Assembly: GCF_001194135.2 (NCBI RefSeq)
Contig: NC_069003.1
Coordinates: forward strand, 30,464,668 to 30,528,667
Length of the DNA stretch: 64,000 nucleotides
Reading direction: 5' to 3'
Origin: Octopus bimaculoides
Taxonomy: Eukaryota
Below the pieces are notes generated by a model, which was not told the DNA's origin, did not search any database, and worked only from the letters and a program-made list of their open reading frames with translations. Every line of letters starts with the position of its first letter. Position 1 is the stretch's first letter. The translations under genes and the position numbers were made by a program. This document shows positions 37,805-51,071 of the stretch, piece by piece.

Positions 37805-39345
37805 ATACATTGAAAACACTTGGCATATACAGATAAAAATAGTTTGGCTTCAACAGTGGTTAAAAACAAAAATTAATGTTTTTTTGTTTTTTTTTTATAT
37901 TTTACTTTACCAAAAATTCCATGTACAATGCAGCAGGGTTTGGAAAGATAGTGACGCTGTTTGAATGATTCCACTGTGTACTATGTCGACTTGAATGCCA
38001 GAAAATAAAGCATTTTGTATCAGTTGACAGTTACAAGGACTGGGTAGGATGGCCATCAATGCAAATGGGTTAGTCGTAGTTCCACTGTGTGGCACCTTGG
38101 GCAAGTGTCTACTATTGTGCCAAGCTGACCAAGGCCTTAAGAGTGGATTTGTTAGGTGGAGCCTGAAAGAAGCCTGTCGTGTGTGTGTGTGTGTGTTACT
38201 GTAACTTTGAGTAGATATATGTGGTAGTTGTAAACAAGTGCCACTGTCATGCAAGCGGTGTTCTCTGTTTCCAGTCTTCTTTAGAAACCAGTCTGGTTAC
38301 AGAGAACTATTACCTTATTTGGAAACAGGTGAGGGGTTGGCGACAAAAAAAAGGCATCTGACCATAGAAAAATCTGCCTCGCCAAATTCCATTCAACCCA
38401 TGTGATTATGGAAAAGTGGACATTAAAACGATGATGATGATGATAATACATATATGCATGAAACGAAGAGGGATGAAAGTTCTTGGAATTCTGTGAGTGA
38501 CCTAACCATTGTAACAGTAAACTCCAGGAAACAGCCAGCCATCTGATCACCTACCACTTAGGCTAGCATACAAGCCAGAGAGACTTCAAAGTAATCAGGA
38601 AACAGGATAGACAGATGGCTATGAACGCTTTTTTTTTTCTTTTTCTCCCCCCCCCCTCCAGTGAAGTAATGTACCACTAAGCACAGACTAATGTTTAGTG
38701 ATATCAGAGTAAGAGCTAGACAGGTCGAGAGACACCAATGATCTAGAGAAAGGAAATATGAAGGTTGAAAGATGTGTCTTCTAGAACAATTGTTATCAGC
38801 CAGGGGCCAGATGGTCCCTGAATGTCCATACAAAATTTCTAGGGGTTCACACGACAAAATAGTAAATTGTGGATCCACGATAGTTTTTTTATTTTTTATT
38901 TTTTTCATTATTATTATTATTAAAAGAAGTATTTATAAAGGTAGTTTTGAAACATTGAATGTTTATGGGGGTCTGCCAGGATGAAATAGTAATCAAAGGG
39001 GTCTTTAGATAAAAAAAAATGGTTGAGAACCCCTGCACTACAAAAGGCTTCAGTAAAGTACCAGGTTGCACATATGTCAAAGGAGAGAGAGAGAGAGAAA
39101 GAACTTAGAAGACTTCTGTCTTATCTTTTATCTTTCACTTGTTGCAATCATTTTACTATGGCCATGCTGATGACCAAATTCACTCAAGAAGGCATTGGTC
39201 AGCCCGTAGCTACAATAGAAGATAATTGCCCAAGGTGCCACTCAGTGAGTCTGAACCTGAAACACTGCAGTTCCAAAGCTAGCTACTTAGCCACACAACC
39301 ATACATGAAAGAATCAATGAAACAACCTGCTACAAGGCACACGGC

Positions 39346-39489
39346 TATTCTTTTGGTACCAATGTACCCTATTCTTTTGGTACCAACGTACCTTATTCTT
39401 TTGGTACCAACGTACCTTATTCTTTTGGTACCAACGTACCCTATTCTTTTGGTACCAACGTACCTTATTCTTTTGGTACCAACGTACCT
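39346..39489. repeat. Tandem repeat, 6 x 24 bp (tattcttttggtaccaacgtaccY)
   Basis: Directly visible; no spacers, so not CRISPR. Confidence 0.95.
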
Positions 39490-39699
39490 ATAACCATCCC
39501 TGTTTCCATGATACAAATTTCTTGGTTTAAAGCGATCTCAGTCAAAACCTTCTGTCACAATCTCATGCCAACCATAGGACGTAATTTGCTGCTCATCCTG
39601 GAATACGAACCGTTAGCTTCTTGGTTTGGATGTCTTGCCCACCACCCTGCGTTAACTTCATTCTAGATTCTCACAGACCTGATACCCTGTTGTGAGAAA

Positions 39700-40003
39700 G
39701 TACTACTACTGCTGCTACTACAACTGAGACTACCATTACTATCACTAATTGTTACCACCATGACAACCACTTGCTTGTTTTCACCGCTACCACTACTTCC
39801 ACTACAACCACTTCTGATACTACAAACGCCACAACCACCACTGCTACTTGTACTATAACTACTACTGTGACAATTACTAACACCACCACCACCACACAAC
39901 TACCTGTACTACAACTACTACTACCACTTCTACACTGGTACTATATAACTACTATTACAGCCACTACTACTAACCTCACAACTATGTAACTGCTACCAAT
40001 GCA

Positions 40004-40035
<32 letters not shown>

Positions 40036-40300
40036 CCTCACAACTATGCAGCTATTAGCACTACCACCACCACCACCACTGTTAACCTCACAACCATGCC
40101 ACTACTCAACTATTACCACTACCACCACCACCACCACCATTACTGCTACTAACCTCACAACCGTGCAACTACTACCAGTGCCAACACTACTGCTACTACT
40201 ACTACTACAAACCTCACAACCCTGCAACTACTACCGCCACCACCACCACCACCACACCTACTGCTACTACTATTATTCGTTACCACTGTTGTTGTTGTTG
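39700..40300. repeat. CAC/TAC/AAC low-complexity block with a recurring aacctcacaac motif
   Basis: Five aYcctcacaac anchors separated by trinucleotide tracts. Confidence 0.85.
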
Positions 40301-40680
40301 TTGTTAATTAAAGAGTTTTTGCATGGAAGTCGCAATTTGCCGTTTTTCGCAAATGCCACTGACTGNNNNNNNNNNNNNNNNNNNNNNNNNNNNNNNNNNN
40401 NNNNNNNNNNNNNNNNNNNNNNNNNNNNNNNNNNNNNNNNNNNNNNNNNNNNNNNNNNNNNNNNNNNNNNNNNNNNNNNNNNNNNNNNNNNNNNNNNNNN
40501 NNNNNNNNNNNNNNNNNNNNNNNNNNNNNNNNNNNNNNNNNNNNNNNNNNNNNGTTGATGATGAGGGGGAGGGGGAGGAGGAGGAGTAGGAGGATCGCAG
40601 TGGCAGCAAGAGGGATGGTCTGTTGGAGAGGTACTATCTGACAATATTATGTGTGTGTGGCCAGGTTTTGTTTTCAATGT

Positions 40681-40713
<33 letters not shown>

Positions 40714-40723
40714 TAATGATGAT

Positions 40724-41040
40724 TATTCTTTTACTTGTTTCAGTCATTTGACTGCGGCCATGCTGGAGCACCGCCTTTAGTCGAACAAATCGACCCCAGG
40801 ACTTATTCTTTGTAAGCCTAGTACTTATTCTATCGGCCTCTTTTTGCCGAACCGCTAAGTTATGGAGACGTAAACATACCAGCATCAGTTGTCAAGCGAT
40901 GGTGGGGGGGACAAACACAGACACACACATGCACACATATATATATATATATAAGACAGGCTTCTTTCAGTTTCCATGTACCTAATCCACTCACAAGGCT
41001 TTGGTTGGCCCCCGGCTATAGTAGAAGACTCTTGCCCAAG
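40724..41040 (-). mobile_element. SINE family A, 5'-truncated young copy
   Basis: Reverse-complement match with CpGs retained. Confidence 0.9.
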
Positions 41041-41394
41041 GAGCCGTGATGATAATAATCCTTTCTACTCTAGGCACAAGGCCTGAAATTTGGGGGGGGG
41101 GGAGGTGCAGTCGATTTGATCGACCCCAGTATGCAACTGGTACTTAATTTATTTACCCAGAATAATGATGATAATGATAATTAATGACGATGATAATTAA
41201 TGATAATTATGACAATAATGATAATGACAACAATAAGGATAATAACATTGTTTGTTCTACCTCTTGAGCCCTCCTCCCCCCTCTCTCCCTCTCTCTCTCA
41301 CAAATATACATACATGTACACCCACCTACATGCACACCCACCCACACGCACACACACAATATTGATTACTATTGTCTGCAGGCTACACTAATTT

Positions 41395-42020
41395 AAAAGT
41401 AGTAGTAGTAGCAGCAGCAGTGGTAGTATTGTTTCTTAGTTTTTGTAGCAGGGTTTATGGTGGCGACGGTAGCACCAGTGGTAGTAATCGTGCTGATAGT
41501 TGTTTATGTTGTGGTGGTGGTAGTAGTAGTAGGGTACTGGTGATAATGGTAGTGGTGGTGCTTGTATTTTTGCAGCAGTGACTGTGGTTGTTGTTAAGGT
41601 GGTAGTAGTAGTGGTGGTGTGATTGTTGTTGTCAAGGTAGCAAGTAGTGTTAGTAATAAGAGTAGTGCTTGTAGTAGTAGTGGTGGTGGTGGTGGTGGTA
41701 AGCCATTGCTGAAAAGAATGTGTGTCATCTAGGGTGACCTGCGATGGTTGGTGGTTGTAGTGGTAGTACTTGTGGCAGTGGAGGTTGCAGTTTGTGGTGG
41801 TAGTAGTTGTGACAGTGGAGGTTGCAGTTTGTGGTGGTTGTAGTTGTGGCAATGGCAGTTGCAGTTGGGGGTGGTTGTGGTGGTGGTAATTGTGACAGTT
41901 GTTGTGGTGGTAGTAGTTGACAGTGGAGGTTGCAGTTGGTGGTGGTGGTGGTATGAGCTGAAGCTAACCATAATGATGATAGTTATGATGGCAGCAGTGG
42001 TGGTAATGATTGTAATGTTG
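41395..42020. repeat. GTG/GTA/GTT low-complexity block with a recurring gtggaggttgcagtt motif
   Basis: Directly visible. Confidence 0.85.
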
Positions 42021-42344
42021 GTAGTTCAGCTTTAGATAGATCCTGTCTGAACAGACCAGACCTGTGACCAAAAGCCTTCCAGTTGTGACCATCCCATCTT
42101 ATTTTCAATGTAAGGAACCTGGAAAGGACAATATCCAATGAGTTCCTTTTCTGTTTGGCTTCTATTTAACCCTACCGGCCATATCCAGCCCAAATATTCC
42201 ACTTGTTTCTACTCAAACCAGCTAGATCTGACCTCTCACACCTATCCTACAATGTCGTTCTAAAAGTATACAATTGTATCATCAAAATTTCGAAGCTATG
42301 AGATAAACGCATGATTAATTCAAAACAATGTGGATAAATAAAGG

Positions 42345-42620
42345 CACATCGATCGTGGTTAGCGCGTCAGGCTCACAATCATGAAGTAGTGAGTTCAATT
42401 CCCAGATTAGGCTGTGTGTGTTGTGTTCTTGAGCAAGACACTTTATTTCACGTTGCTCCAGTTCACTCAGCTGTAGAAATGAGTTGTGACATCACTGATG
42501 CCAAGCTGTATCAGCCTTTGCCTTTCCCTTGGATAGTATCGGTGGCATGGAGAGGAGAGGCTGGTATGCATGAGTGTCTGCTCATAAACAACCTTGCCTG
42601 GACTTGTGCAATAGAATAGA
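42345..42620 (+). mobile_element. tRNA-derived CORE-like SINE
   Basis: B box GAGTTCAATTCC, tgtgttcttgagcaagacactt, body shared with 17103-17328 but a different 3' part. Confidence 0.7.
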
Positions 42621-43351
42621 CACTAGGCTTACAAAGAATAAGTCCTAGGATTGATTTCTTTGACTAAAAACTCCTTCAAGGCAATGCTCTAGCATGGCCA
42701 CAGTCAAATGACTGAAACGTGTAAAAGAATAGAAGACTATATTACTTATAACCATATCTGCTTTTCTTTTTTTTTTCTGCTAGACTTCTTATCAGTGTGC
42801 TTCCTCTACTACCTATTTGTCTTCAGAGTCCATTACCATTCTGTAAAAGCTGTTGTTTTTCTTGTAGCACTATTGATCTCGCAACTGCAATACCATGCAT
42901 CAAAGCTGACGCACAATCTATTTACTTACATGCATATGTGTGTGTGTGTGTGTATGTGTGAATAAAGGATAAATATGTGTTTATTAACTAGAGCAAGCTC
43001 AGGGGTTCAATTCCCAGCTGGCCTCTTAACAATTTTATTATGAATATTATGATTATTATTATTATTATTATTTATTTTCTATGTTTTTCTTCTCTCTTAT
43101 GTTTATGCGTATGTTCATAGAAATACATGGGTCGGGGTGGAACATTTGTATATCCTTGTATACCTTTGTGCATTGGTGTGTGTGTGTGTGGGGGGTTGGG
43201 GTTGCTGTGTTTACATTTGTTTACAATCAGTTCAAGGGCAAGTAACAAATCTTGATTCTATCAATCTCTTCTTCACTCTGTAGGTTTGGGTTGGTGCCTT
43301 TGACGCTTTGAAAGCTTATTACCATCAATATCATACACACAAACACACACA

Positions 43352-43390
<39 letters not shown>

Positions 43391-43809
43391 GCATACAAGC
43401 ACACATTGGTGTGTAGGTCTCTCCCTTCCTCTTTCTCTCTCTCTCTCTCTCTCACACACCATGTATGTGCATATGTGCGTATTTGAATTTACTGCCAAGG
43501 GAAATGTACTCAGTACATGTGATAGAGTATATTCATATATTCAAAACTAAGTTGTTTTTACATAGTTATATATTTATTGCTAAAACTTTTTCCTTTCAAC
43601 TTTTGTACCTGGCTAGTAACTTGAAGAGTCTTTGTGATGTGAAAGTGGTGTGCATATTTACACATTATATNNNNNNNNNNNNNNNNNNNNNNNNNNNNNN
43701 NNNNNNNNNNNNNNNNNNNNNNNNNNNNNNNNNNNNNNNNNNNNNNNNNNNNNNNNNNNNNNNNNNNNNNNNNNNNNNNNNNNNNNNNNNNNNNNNNNNN
43801 NNNNNNNNN

Positions 43810-43842
<33 letters not shown>

Positions 43843-44445
43843 CATTTAAAATACAGTGTACATTTAATACACATCAGAGATGCCTATAATAGGACATCTG
43901 ATCTGCTAGAAAGAGCAGCCAAAGCTCTACACCACAATTAGGGATAATATATATATAAGTGTGTATGTGTGTGTGTGTGTATATAAGGCAATCTTTATCT
44001 CCAACTTAAAGTGGATGTTGTGTTAGAACACAGAATACTGCATTATTTACCTCAAGAATGTGTGTGTGCATATACTCAGTGTGCTCAACAACTAATTGGT
44101 GCTATGACCAATATCTATGTGAAGGAAATATACACAGATGCAATTTGCCATGGGGACTGTTAAGTCCAACATTTTGATCAGTTATTCTTCAGGACTAAAT
44201 TAAAAATAAAAAAAAATAATGAGAAACAGCAGAATTTTACATCATCTAAGTTTTAAAAAAAAAATGATTGGAAAGACTGGCTGCAACTGATAGGGAACAC
44301 AGAGCGCTATAAGCTTCATACATGAATAAGAAGTGGTAAGGGAAAAGAACACTGTAAGAGATGGAAGGAAAGGGGAATGGCTTTGGCAAGTTCACTGTCC
44401 TCTTTTTATCAGATTTACCAATATATACATACCTTGTTGTCTCAG

Positions 44446-44578
<133 letters not shown>

Positions 44579-44949
44579 CACACATGCACATCCATATACA
44601 TGAACGAACTAGTTTGTTGTATTTGTTTATTCTTTTTATGTTACACCGTTTTTGTTTCATGCCTCTGCAGTAAAATCTGTATGTTACACGACTGTATTAC
44701 TGCACGTCTACCACTCCATTTGTGTATATTCCACTGCACATTGCACCTGCTTTCATTTGTCTTATCATGTGGCATCACCTTAGCCAGTTCCACGTTTCTC
44801 ATGCCTATTGCCATTAGCTACTGCACAGTGCATATTGCACCACTACCAGCAGTAACACGTTTTCTGAAACCTGCAATGTTATGTTTTCAGTTGCTATTCT
44901 GTATTAACTTGATAAATGCTTCATATTTAATTGACTCTAGCTCTCCTTT

Positions 44950-45720
44950 TTAGTTTATCCCCTAATTTATTTATTCCCTAGTGATACATCCTACTTGAGT
45001 CTGCATTCACCCCTAGTATTACACTCTCTTTGATTCAACCCCTAGTCATACATCCCATTTGATTTAGTGTTCAGCTTTAGTTATTTTGCTTAATTGGTCC
45101 CTACTCATACACCCTATCTGATTCAGCCCTTAGTGATACACTCTCTTTGATTCAACCCCCTAGTCATACACCCTACTTGATTCAGTATTCAGCCCCTTGT
45201 CAAACACCCTATTCGATTCTGTATTCATCCCCAAGTCATACACTCTTTGATTCGGCCCCTAGTCATATTCCCTGCTTGATTCGATATTCAGCCCCTTGTC
45301 ATGCACTCTACCGGAGTTAGCCCTTAATTGTACATCCTATTTGATTTGGTCCCTCATGACATTTTGTACTCAATTCAATCCCTTGTTATACACACTTCTT
45401 GTAATATACTTTGCTTGATTCATCCCCTAGTCACGCATTGTATTTGATTCAGCCCTTAGAAATGAGCTCTACTTGATTTGGGCTCCTAGTCCTACACCCT
45501 ACTTGAATTAGACCCTAATCATACACTGTTCTTGATTCAGCCCATAGAAATGCACTCTACTTGATTTGGCCCCTTGTCATACACCTCTACTTCAATTAAC
45601 CCCTACACATACAAGTATACTTCACTTTATTCAGTTCTTAGACACTACTTGGTTAGTGCCTAGCCAGATGCCCTACTTAACACGTTACCCCTGCTGGACC
45701 AGACACTCTATAAGTCAGAC
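44950..45720. repeat. Degenerate ~30-36 bp minisatellite (ttgattcagcccctagtcatacaccctac)
   Basis: Many visible degenerate units. Confidence 0.85.
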
Positions 45721-46559
45721 ATTCTCCAGGTTTCAACAACCTTCGTCTGACAAATCCCCGTTTCTGTCCATCAGACAAATTCACTTGGCTCCAAGTTCAA
45801 ACACTCTACTTGCCTGCCCCTCTTTTGTCCAACATTCCACTTGAGCCAGCTTCTAATCACGCATAACCATCCACTAAGTAGTTCCCCCCCTCCCCACCTC
45901 ACTCATCGCCACTCCAAAATTCCTTACAATGTCGCCCTCTTTTCAATCCTATTCCCCCCCCCCCCTAACACTTATATTCCATCCAATTTCAAATCTCTGT
46001 TCATAAGTGTAAAATTTTTTAATTCAAACCAATAGAATAAAAATGAAAATAAAATTTTAAAATCCGAGTAAATTCTTTGAAAAAAAAATATTTAATTATC
46101 ATAACTGAAATTACTTAATTATTTTTTTAAAAACTATTTTCTTTTGTTTCTTCTCTTCCCTATCCCTACTCCCATTTATTATTTTTTTTTTTTTCAATAC
46201 CTCCCCCCCTGTTCTAAAACAGATATTTNNNNNNNNNNNNNNNNNNNNNNNNNNNNNNNNNNNNNNNNNNNNTACCTTCCCTACACACTGAGGTTTGTAA
46301 CATCTTCTTGTTCTCCTGTTGTAGTTGCTTTTTTTTCTTTTTTTTTTTGGCAGAGTTGAAGTGTTTTCTTTTTTTTTTGATTATTTTTGCCCTTTTGTTT
46401 TATTTTATCTTATTTTTATTCACCTCACCCCTGAATTTTTTTGTTTTTTAAACAAATATACTTTGCAAGACTTAACTCTCTCTCTCTCCTATAAAGTTCA
46501 CTTTTCTTTTATATATATATGTATATACTGTTAATACTTCATTTAGAGAATTAACATTG

Positions 46560-46602
<43 letters not shown>

Positions 46603-47182
46603 ATGTATATATTTTTTTTTATATTTTATTAACTTTTGTATTGTGTGATACCTAATTCTACTAAATTACAACAGCTGAAATTATTGATGAATTTTTTTTT
46701 AAAATACCTCCCAGAACACCCGCAGTTTTCATCTTTCATTTTACTATTTTTTTCCCCTCTTTATTTTAATTTTTTCATCATTTTTGCGTTTGTATTATTT
46801 CTTTGTTACAAAATTAACAAGGATTTTTTTTATTTTCTTTTGTGGTGGCAGGAGGCCGTTTTTGTTCTCAACTTGGTGTTTTTGGAATTTTCTGAAATAA
46901 TTTCAGTTTATTGTTATGAATAAATATAACATATATCAATCTTTCGTTTGTTGTTGTTGTTTAGGCCCAGGATATTCTTGATAAAACTGACAGACAGACA
47001 AAGAGAGAAAGACATATATAATCAATCTTGTTATTATACCTACTTTCGTTTTATTTCTAATCATTTTTGGCTTATCTGGAACAAAATTAATCCAGTATGT
47101 TGTGAAAATTTTCAGATGATAAAGATGCGATTTGAGGAAGATTTCTAACAGTTTGATAAAACAGTAGTGGTGATAATAGTAA

Positions 47183-47553
47183 TAACAAGCACTCAGAGAG
47201 TGCAAACCTCTGCCAAGGCAACACCAACATCCTCTAAACAATTAGCCAGAGATGATTTTTAAGATGAGAATATCTGAAATAAACTCGACTGCTCTCACAA
47301 ACGAGAATACTAAAAATGAACCTGACTGCTCTCAAAAATTAAGTAAAAAAAAAAAAAAAAATGGATAAATAATCCAGAATCCTTGTCCGGTACCGGATGG
47401 ATCCCAAAATCTAATCAGTTCGTGCCAGTCTCAAGGCCAAACATCCCTGAAGGTTTCATCCGAATCCATCCAGTGGTTCTTGAGATATCTTGTCCATGGA
47501 CAAACAAACAAATGAGCCCAACTGAAAACAATACCTTCACTAAGGCAGGCATT
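47183..47553 (+). mobile_element. Possible Helentron-associated (HINE/DINE-like) non-autonomous element
   Basis: 5' aaacctctgccaagg, interior ggatcccaaaatctaatcagtt, 3' gaaaacaataccttc... architecture resembles recalled HINEs. Confidence 0.4.
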
Positions 47554-48226
47554 CTGTTTCAATCTCCTTCGGCCAGTAAGCCAAGATATAGACAAATGGC
47601 TGGAGGAGATTGAAATAGAATGCCCAGTAGAGCTCCTACAGAAAGTTTGCCTCTTAGGGAGATTAAGGATTATCAGGTGGGCTCTAAGCACTTGAAAGAC
47701 ATCTGAAAATGTGTGGATACCTAAGGTTACAGGTATTAACTTTTGTATTGTGTGATACCTTAGGTAAGGTTGGTATGAGAGTCCAGATATGGCCAGTTTA
47801 AATGCTAAAAAAAGGTTAATCTCTTTGATTGTAGCTCAGCTGAATCAGAATCGGCTCATGACTAAACAACTGAATTCTTTGCTAACATGCTTGTTTTGTT
47901 TGTTTGTTTGTTTGTTTGCCTTTATATGATTTCCATACTGTAGCATTCCTCTCTTGCTCTCAGAGAAAGAGAGAGAGAGAAGAAATTATTCTTTTCCATT
48001 TAATTAATTCAAATGGTTTTGTTTTTGATTTTGTTCGTTGTGTGAGTTTCCTTGTGTTTGCTTTGATCTCACCTGATCTGCCTTCAAGTCTTTTTCATTA
48101 AGATAACGATGACTTTAATTACACACTTGCCTCGGTGTCATTTCATCACCTATATGTTTACTCATTGCTTTTACATCTGTCTTTTCCATACTCTCATGGA
48201 TTATGCAAGATATATATGTGTGTGTG

Positions 48227-48258
<32 letters not shown>

Positions 48259-48325
48259 GTTGTACTTGGGGATGGTCATATTGCCAGTTTAGCCAATAAA
48301 AACACACGCACTGTATATTTGGTGT

Positions 48326-48378
<53 letters not shown>

Positions 48379-48418
48379 CAGCTTTATATTACATTAATCT
48401 TAATCTTAATCTTATTTC

Positions 48419-48463
48419 GGCCAGAGTTCTTTCGTCACACTTCTGTGACCTCATCAGTGGTCC
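48419..48463 (-). ncRNA. Minimal type I hammerhead ribozyme motif with intact catalytic core
   Basis: GGACCA-CUGAUGA-G-[GUCAC-AGAAGU-GUGAC]-GAA-[AG-AA-CU]-C^-UGGCC; predicted cleavage after CUC between 48424 and 48423. Confidence 0.7.
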
Positions 48464-48522
48464 TTTGTTTCCTTCTTTCTTATGTGTGTCTCACCTTGCT
48501 AACTATCAGCCATTTTGTATTT

Positions 48523-48555
<33 letters not shown>

Positions 48556-48946
48556 TGTGAAAATAATAAGGGTAGAAAATTTAGAAAAATTTTCATACTG
48601 GTAGCTAGCATGCGTAATAAAAGTCAACAGACAACATATTTTCATATATAATAGTATACAAACAATTTACATATTTATACATGAAATAAGTACCCTTTAA
48701 CGGGACACTTTACATGCTAGAAAGGGCAGTTAAAGCCCAAACCACGAATGAGAGCAATTTCAAAAGGAATGAAAACAGAAAATATTTTTGTAGTTACCCT
48801 CAGACTAGAGTTTTTGTATCAATGTGCAAAATAAATTAATTTGCCATCTGTACTTCTTCAGTGAGGGCACTAAAATTAATGCATATTTACACAGCAAAGA
48901 GCACCAAAAATATACGTGCTACATACCTATATATTATAATTTTCAG

Positions 48947-48980
<34 letters not shown>

Positions 48981-49247
48981 TTGTTATTTATTCTTCATCT
49001 CGGAACCTTCAGCTGACTTGGATCTGGCGTCTATAGATGGCTGTGCAATAGTTGCAGTAAGTGTACCGTTGTGTGGCTTTGATGATTCGTTGTGTATTCA
49101 ATCAGCCATTTGTGAATGTATGCATAACCGGAGAACAAATCCATGTTTACTTTAGTGAGTGCACATTTGTCATGATACATTGTTTGTAGACAGTAGTGCT
49201 TATCAATAACAGTGCCCGGTTCTCTCGAATCCTGGACGAGTTAAGAG

Positions 49248-49391
49248 TTATAATTTAACACACTCACCAGTAAAATTTCCACTCATTTACTTATTTATTT
49301 CTCTAAAATCTTCATTGCGTCTCCCAACCTTTTCAATAGTTGTTGACTAGTCATGCGTGGAAATTTTACCGGTGAGTGTGTTAAATTATAA
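49248..49391. mobile_element. 144-bp MITE with 35-bp TIRs
   Basis: 49248-49282 versus the reverse complement of 49357-49391: one mismatch. Confidence 0.8.
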
Positions 49392-50502
49392 GGCACCAAA
49401 AGAGAATAATTCTCCCCAGACCCAACAAAATATGCTTCAACACACAAACTCACATAAAGAATCTTGCAAACCAGATCCAAAAACAAAATATATATTAAGA
49501 GTTTATACTTTTTTATTTGTGGATGTCAACGGGTAGGAGTAATGGTGAGGGTGTACCTACTTCTGATTTTGTATGTTGTTATATTGTTTGTTTGTGTTTT
49601 TTATTTTTTTTTTTTTTATTGCTCTCCCAAATGTCTTCTAATAATGAATTAACATTTTTTTTTTCCCCCTCTCTTGACTAATTGGTCTAGTTTGTGTGTG
49701 TGTGTGTGTGTGTGAGGGTGTGCTTGCGCATGCGTTTGTGCATGGCTTGCACGTGCTGTCGTGTTCTTTGATGTCAAGTAGCCACTTCAAACGACAGAAA
49801 CGTGTGCGTGCGCACGGGCGTTTGCATAGAGCTATTGCATTCATACACATGTATATACAGATAAATTGATGCGTGCGTATATGCGCAAGTACATTAAGAG
49901 TGTTATGGGCTGTGTGAAGAGCTGAAAACCCAAATCCTGTAGTGCCGACCTTAGAACATGGCACTTCAGTTCAGTGTTTCTTTTTTGTGGGGTTGGGTTG
50001 GGTCAGGGTTATCACTAGGCAATTGACTACAGCAGTAACAACAAGTAAAAGACCTGTGTTTTTTTTGTGTTTTTTGTGGGGGGGTGCTAGTTGATCAAAT
50101 CGACCTCAGTACTTGACTGGTACTTTATTTTATTGACCCTGATAGGATGAAAGGCAAAGTTGACCTCAGCAGGATTTGAACTCAGAACATAAAAAGAAGA
50201 GTTGGCACAAATACTGCAAGGCTTCTTAGTCTGACGCTCTAACAATTCAACCAGGTGATCTTAACGATGTAATAACCAAAACTGTTTTTCTAAATTTTTT
50301 TTGCTTGTTTTTTTTTTTGTTACTAATAGATTATTTAGCCATTAAGGACAGCTTCCTGCCCTTAAAGAACGGGAAGAAATGCTGCTATGCATTCTTCTCG
50401 CTTTCTCCCCAGGCTTTTTCTCACTGCTAATGAGCAAATAACAACTCCTGTGTCGTTGCTCAATCTGCTTGAAACAACAGTCCAAATTTCTCTCGACTCA
50501 TA

Positions 50503-50710
50503 CAGGTGGGGGCTGAAAAGTTCCTGCATCTGAAGGTATCATGAAAAGCCTGGTTGAAGGCCCAACCTTCCAAGCTCTTTTAGAAAAACTGAAGAACCAC
50601 TGAAATGAGTGTGTCAATCTGAGAGGGGAATTTGTTGGATAAAATCATGATTAACTGATCCTCCTGTATTTTCTTTTACCTTAAGCCAGGAACTTTTCCG
50701 CATCCTCTCA
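50503..50710 (+). mobile_element. Mariner-derived MITE
   Basis: Same family as 51072-51300. Confidence 0.75.
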
Positions 50711-50741
50711 TTTAGTTATACACACACACACACACACATAT

Positions 50742-50990
50742 ATCGTTGTCGTTGATTAACGTCCGCTTTCCATGCTGGCATGGGTTGGACAGTTTGACTG
50801 ATTACTGGCAAACCAGAAGGCTGTATCAGGCTCCAGCCTGATCTGAGAAGGTTTCTACAGCTGGATGCCCTTCCTAATGCCAACCACTCTGAGAGTGTAG
50901 TGGGTGCTTTTATGTGCCACTGGCATGGGAGCCAGTCAGGCGGCCCTGGCAATGACCCATGCTCAAATGGTGCTTTGTACGTGCCTCCAG
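50742..50990 (-). mobile_element. RTE-derived non-autonomous element (family D)
   Basis: Reverse complement of 55353-55715 (ggatgcccttcctaatgccaacc). Confidence 0.8.
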
Positions 50991-51071
50991 TATATGCATG
51001 TAGACTTGTATGTGTAGATGTTTGTGTCTGTGCTTTATACATGCCACCTCATATATCTATATATATATATA

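Noticed and set aside
39023-39493. ORF with repeated ILLVPTYL units, and CRISPR-like look of the 24-bp array
   Set aside because: Translation of a spacer-less tandem repeat next to a SINE; no unique spacers and no cas genes.
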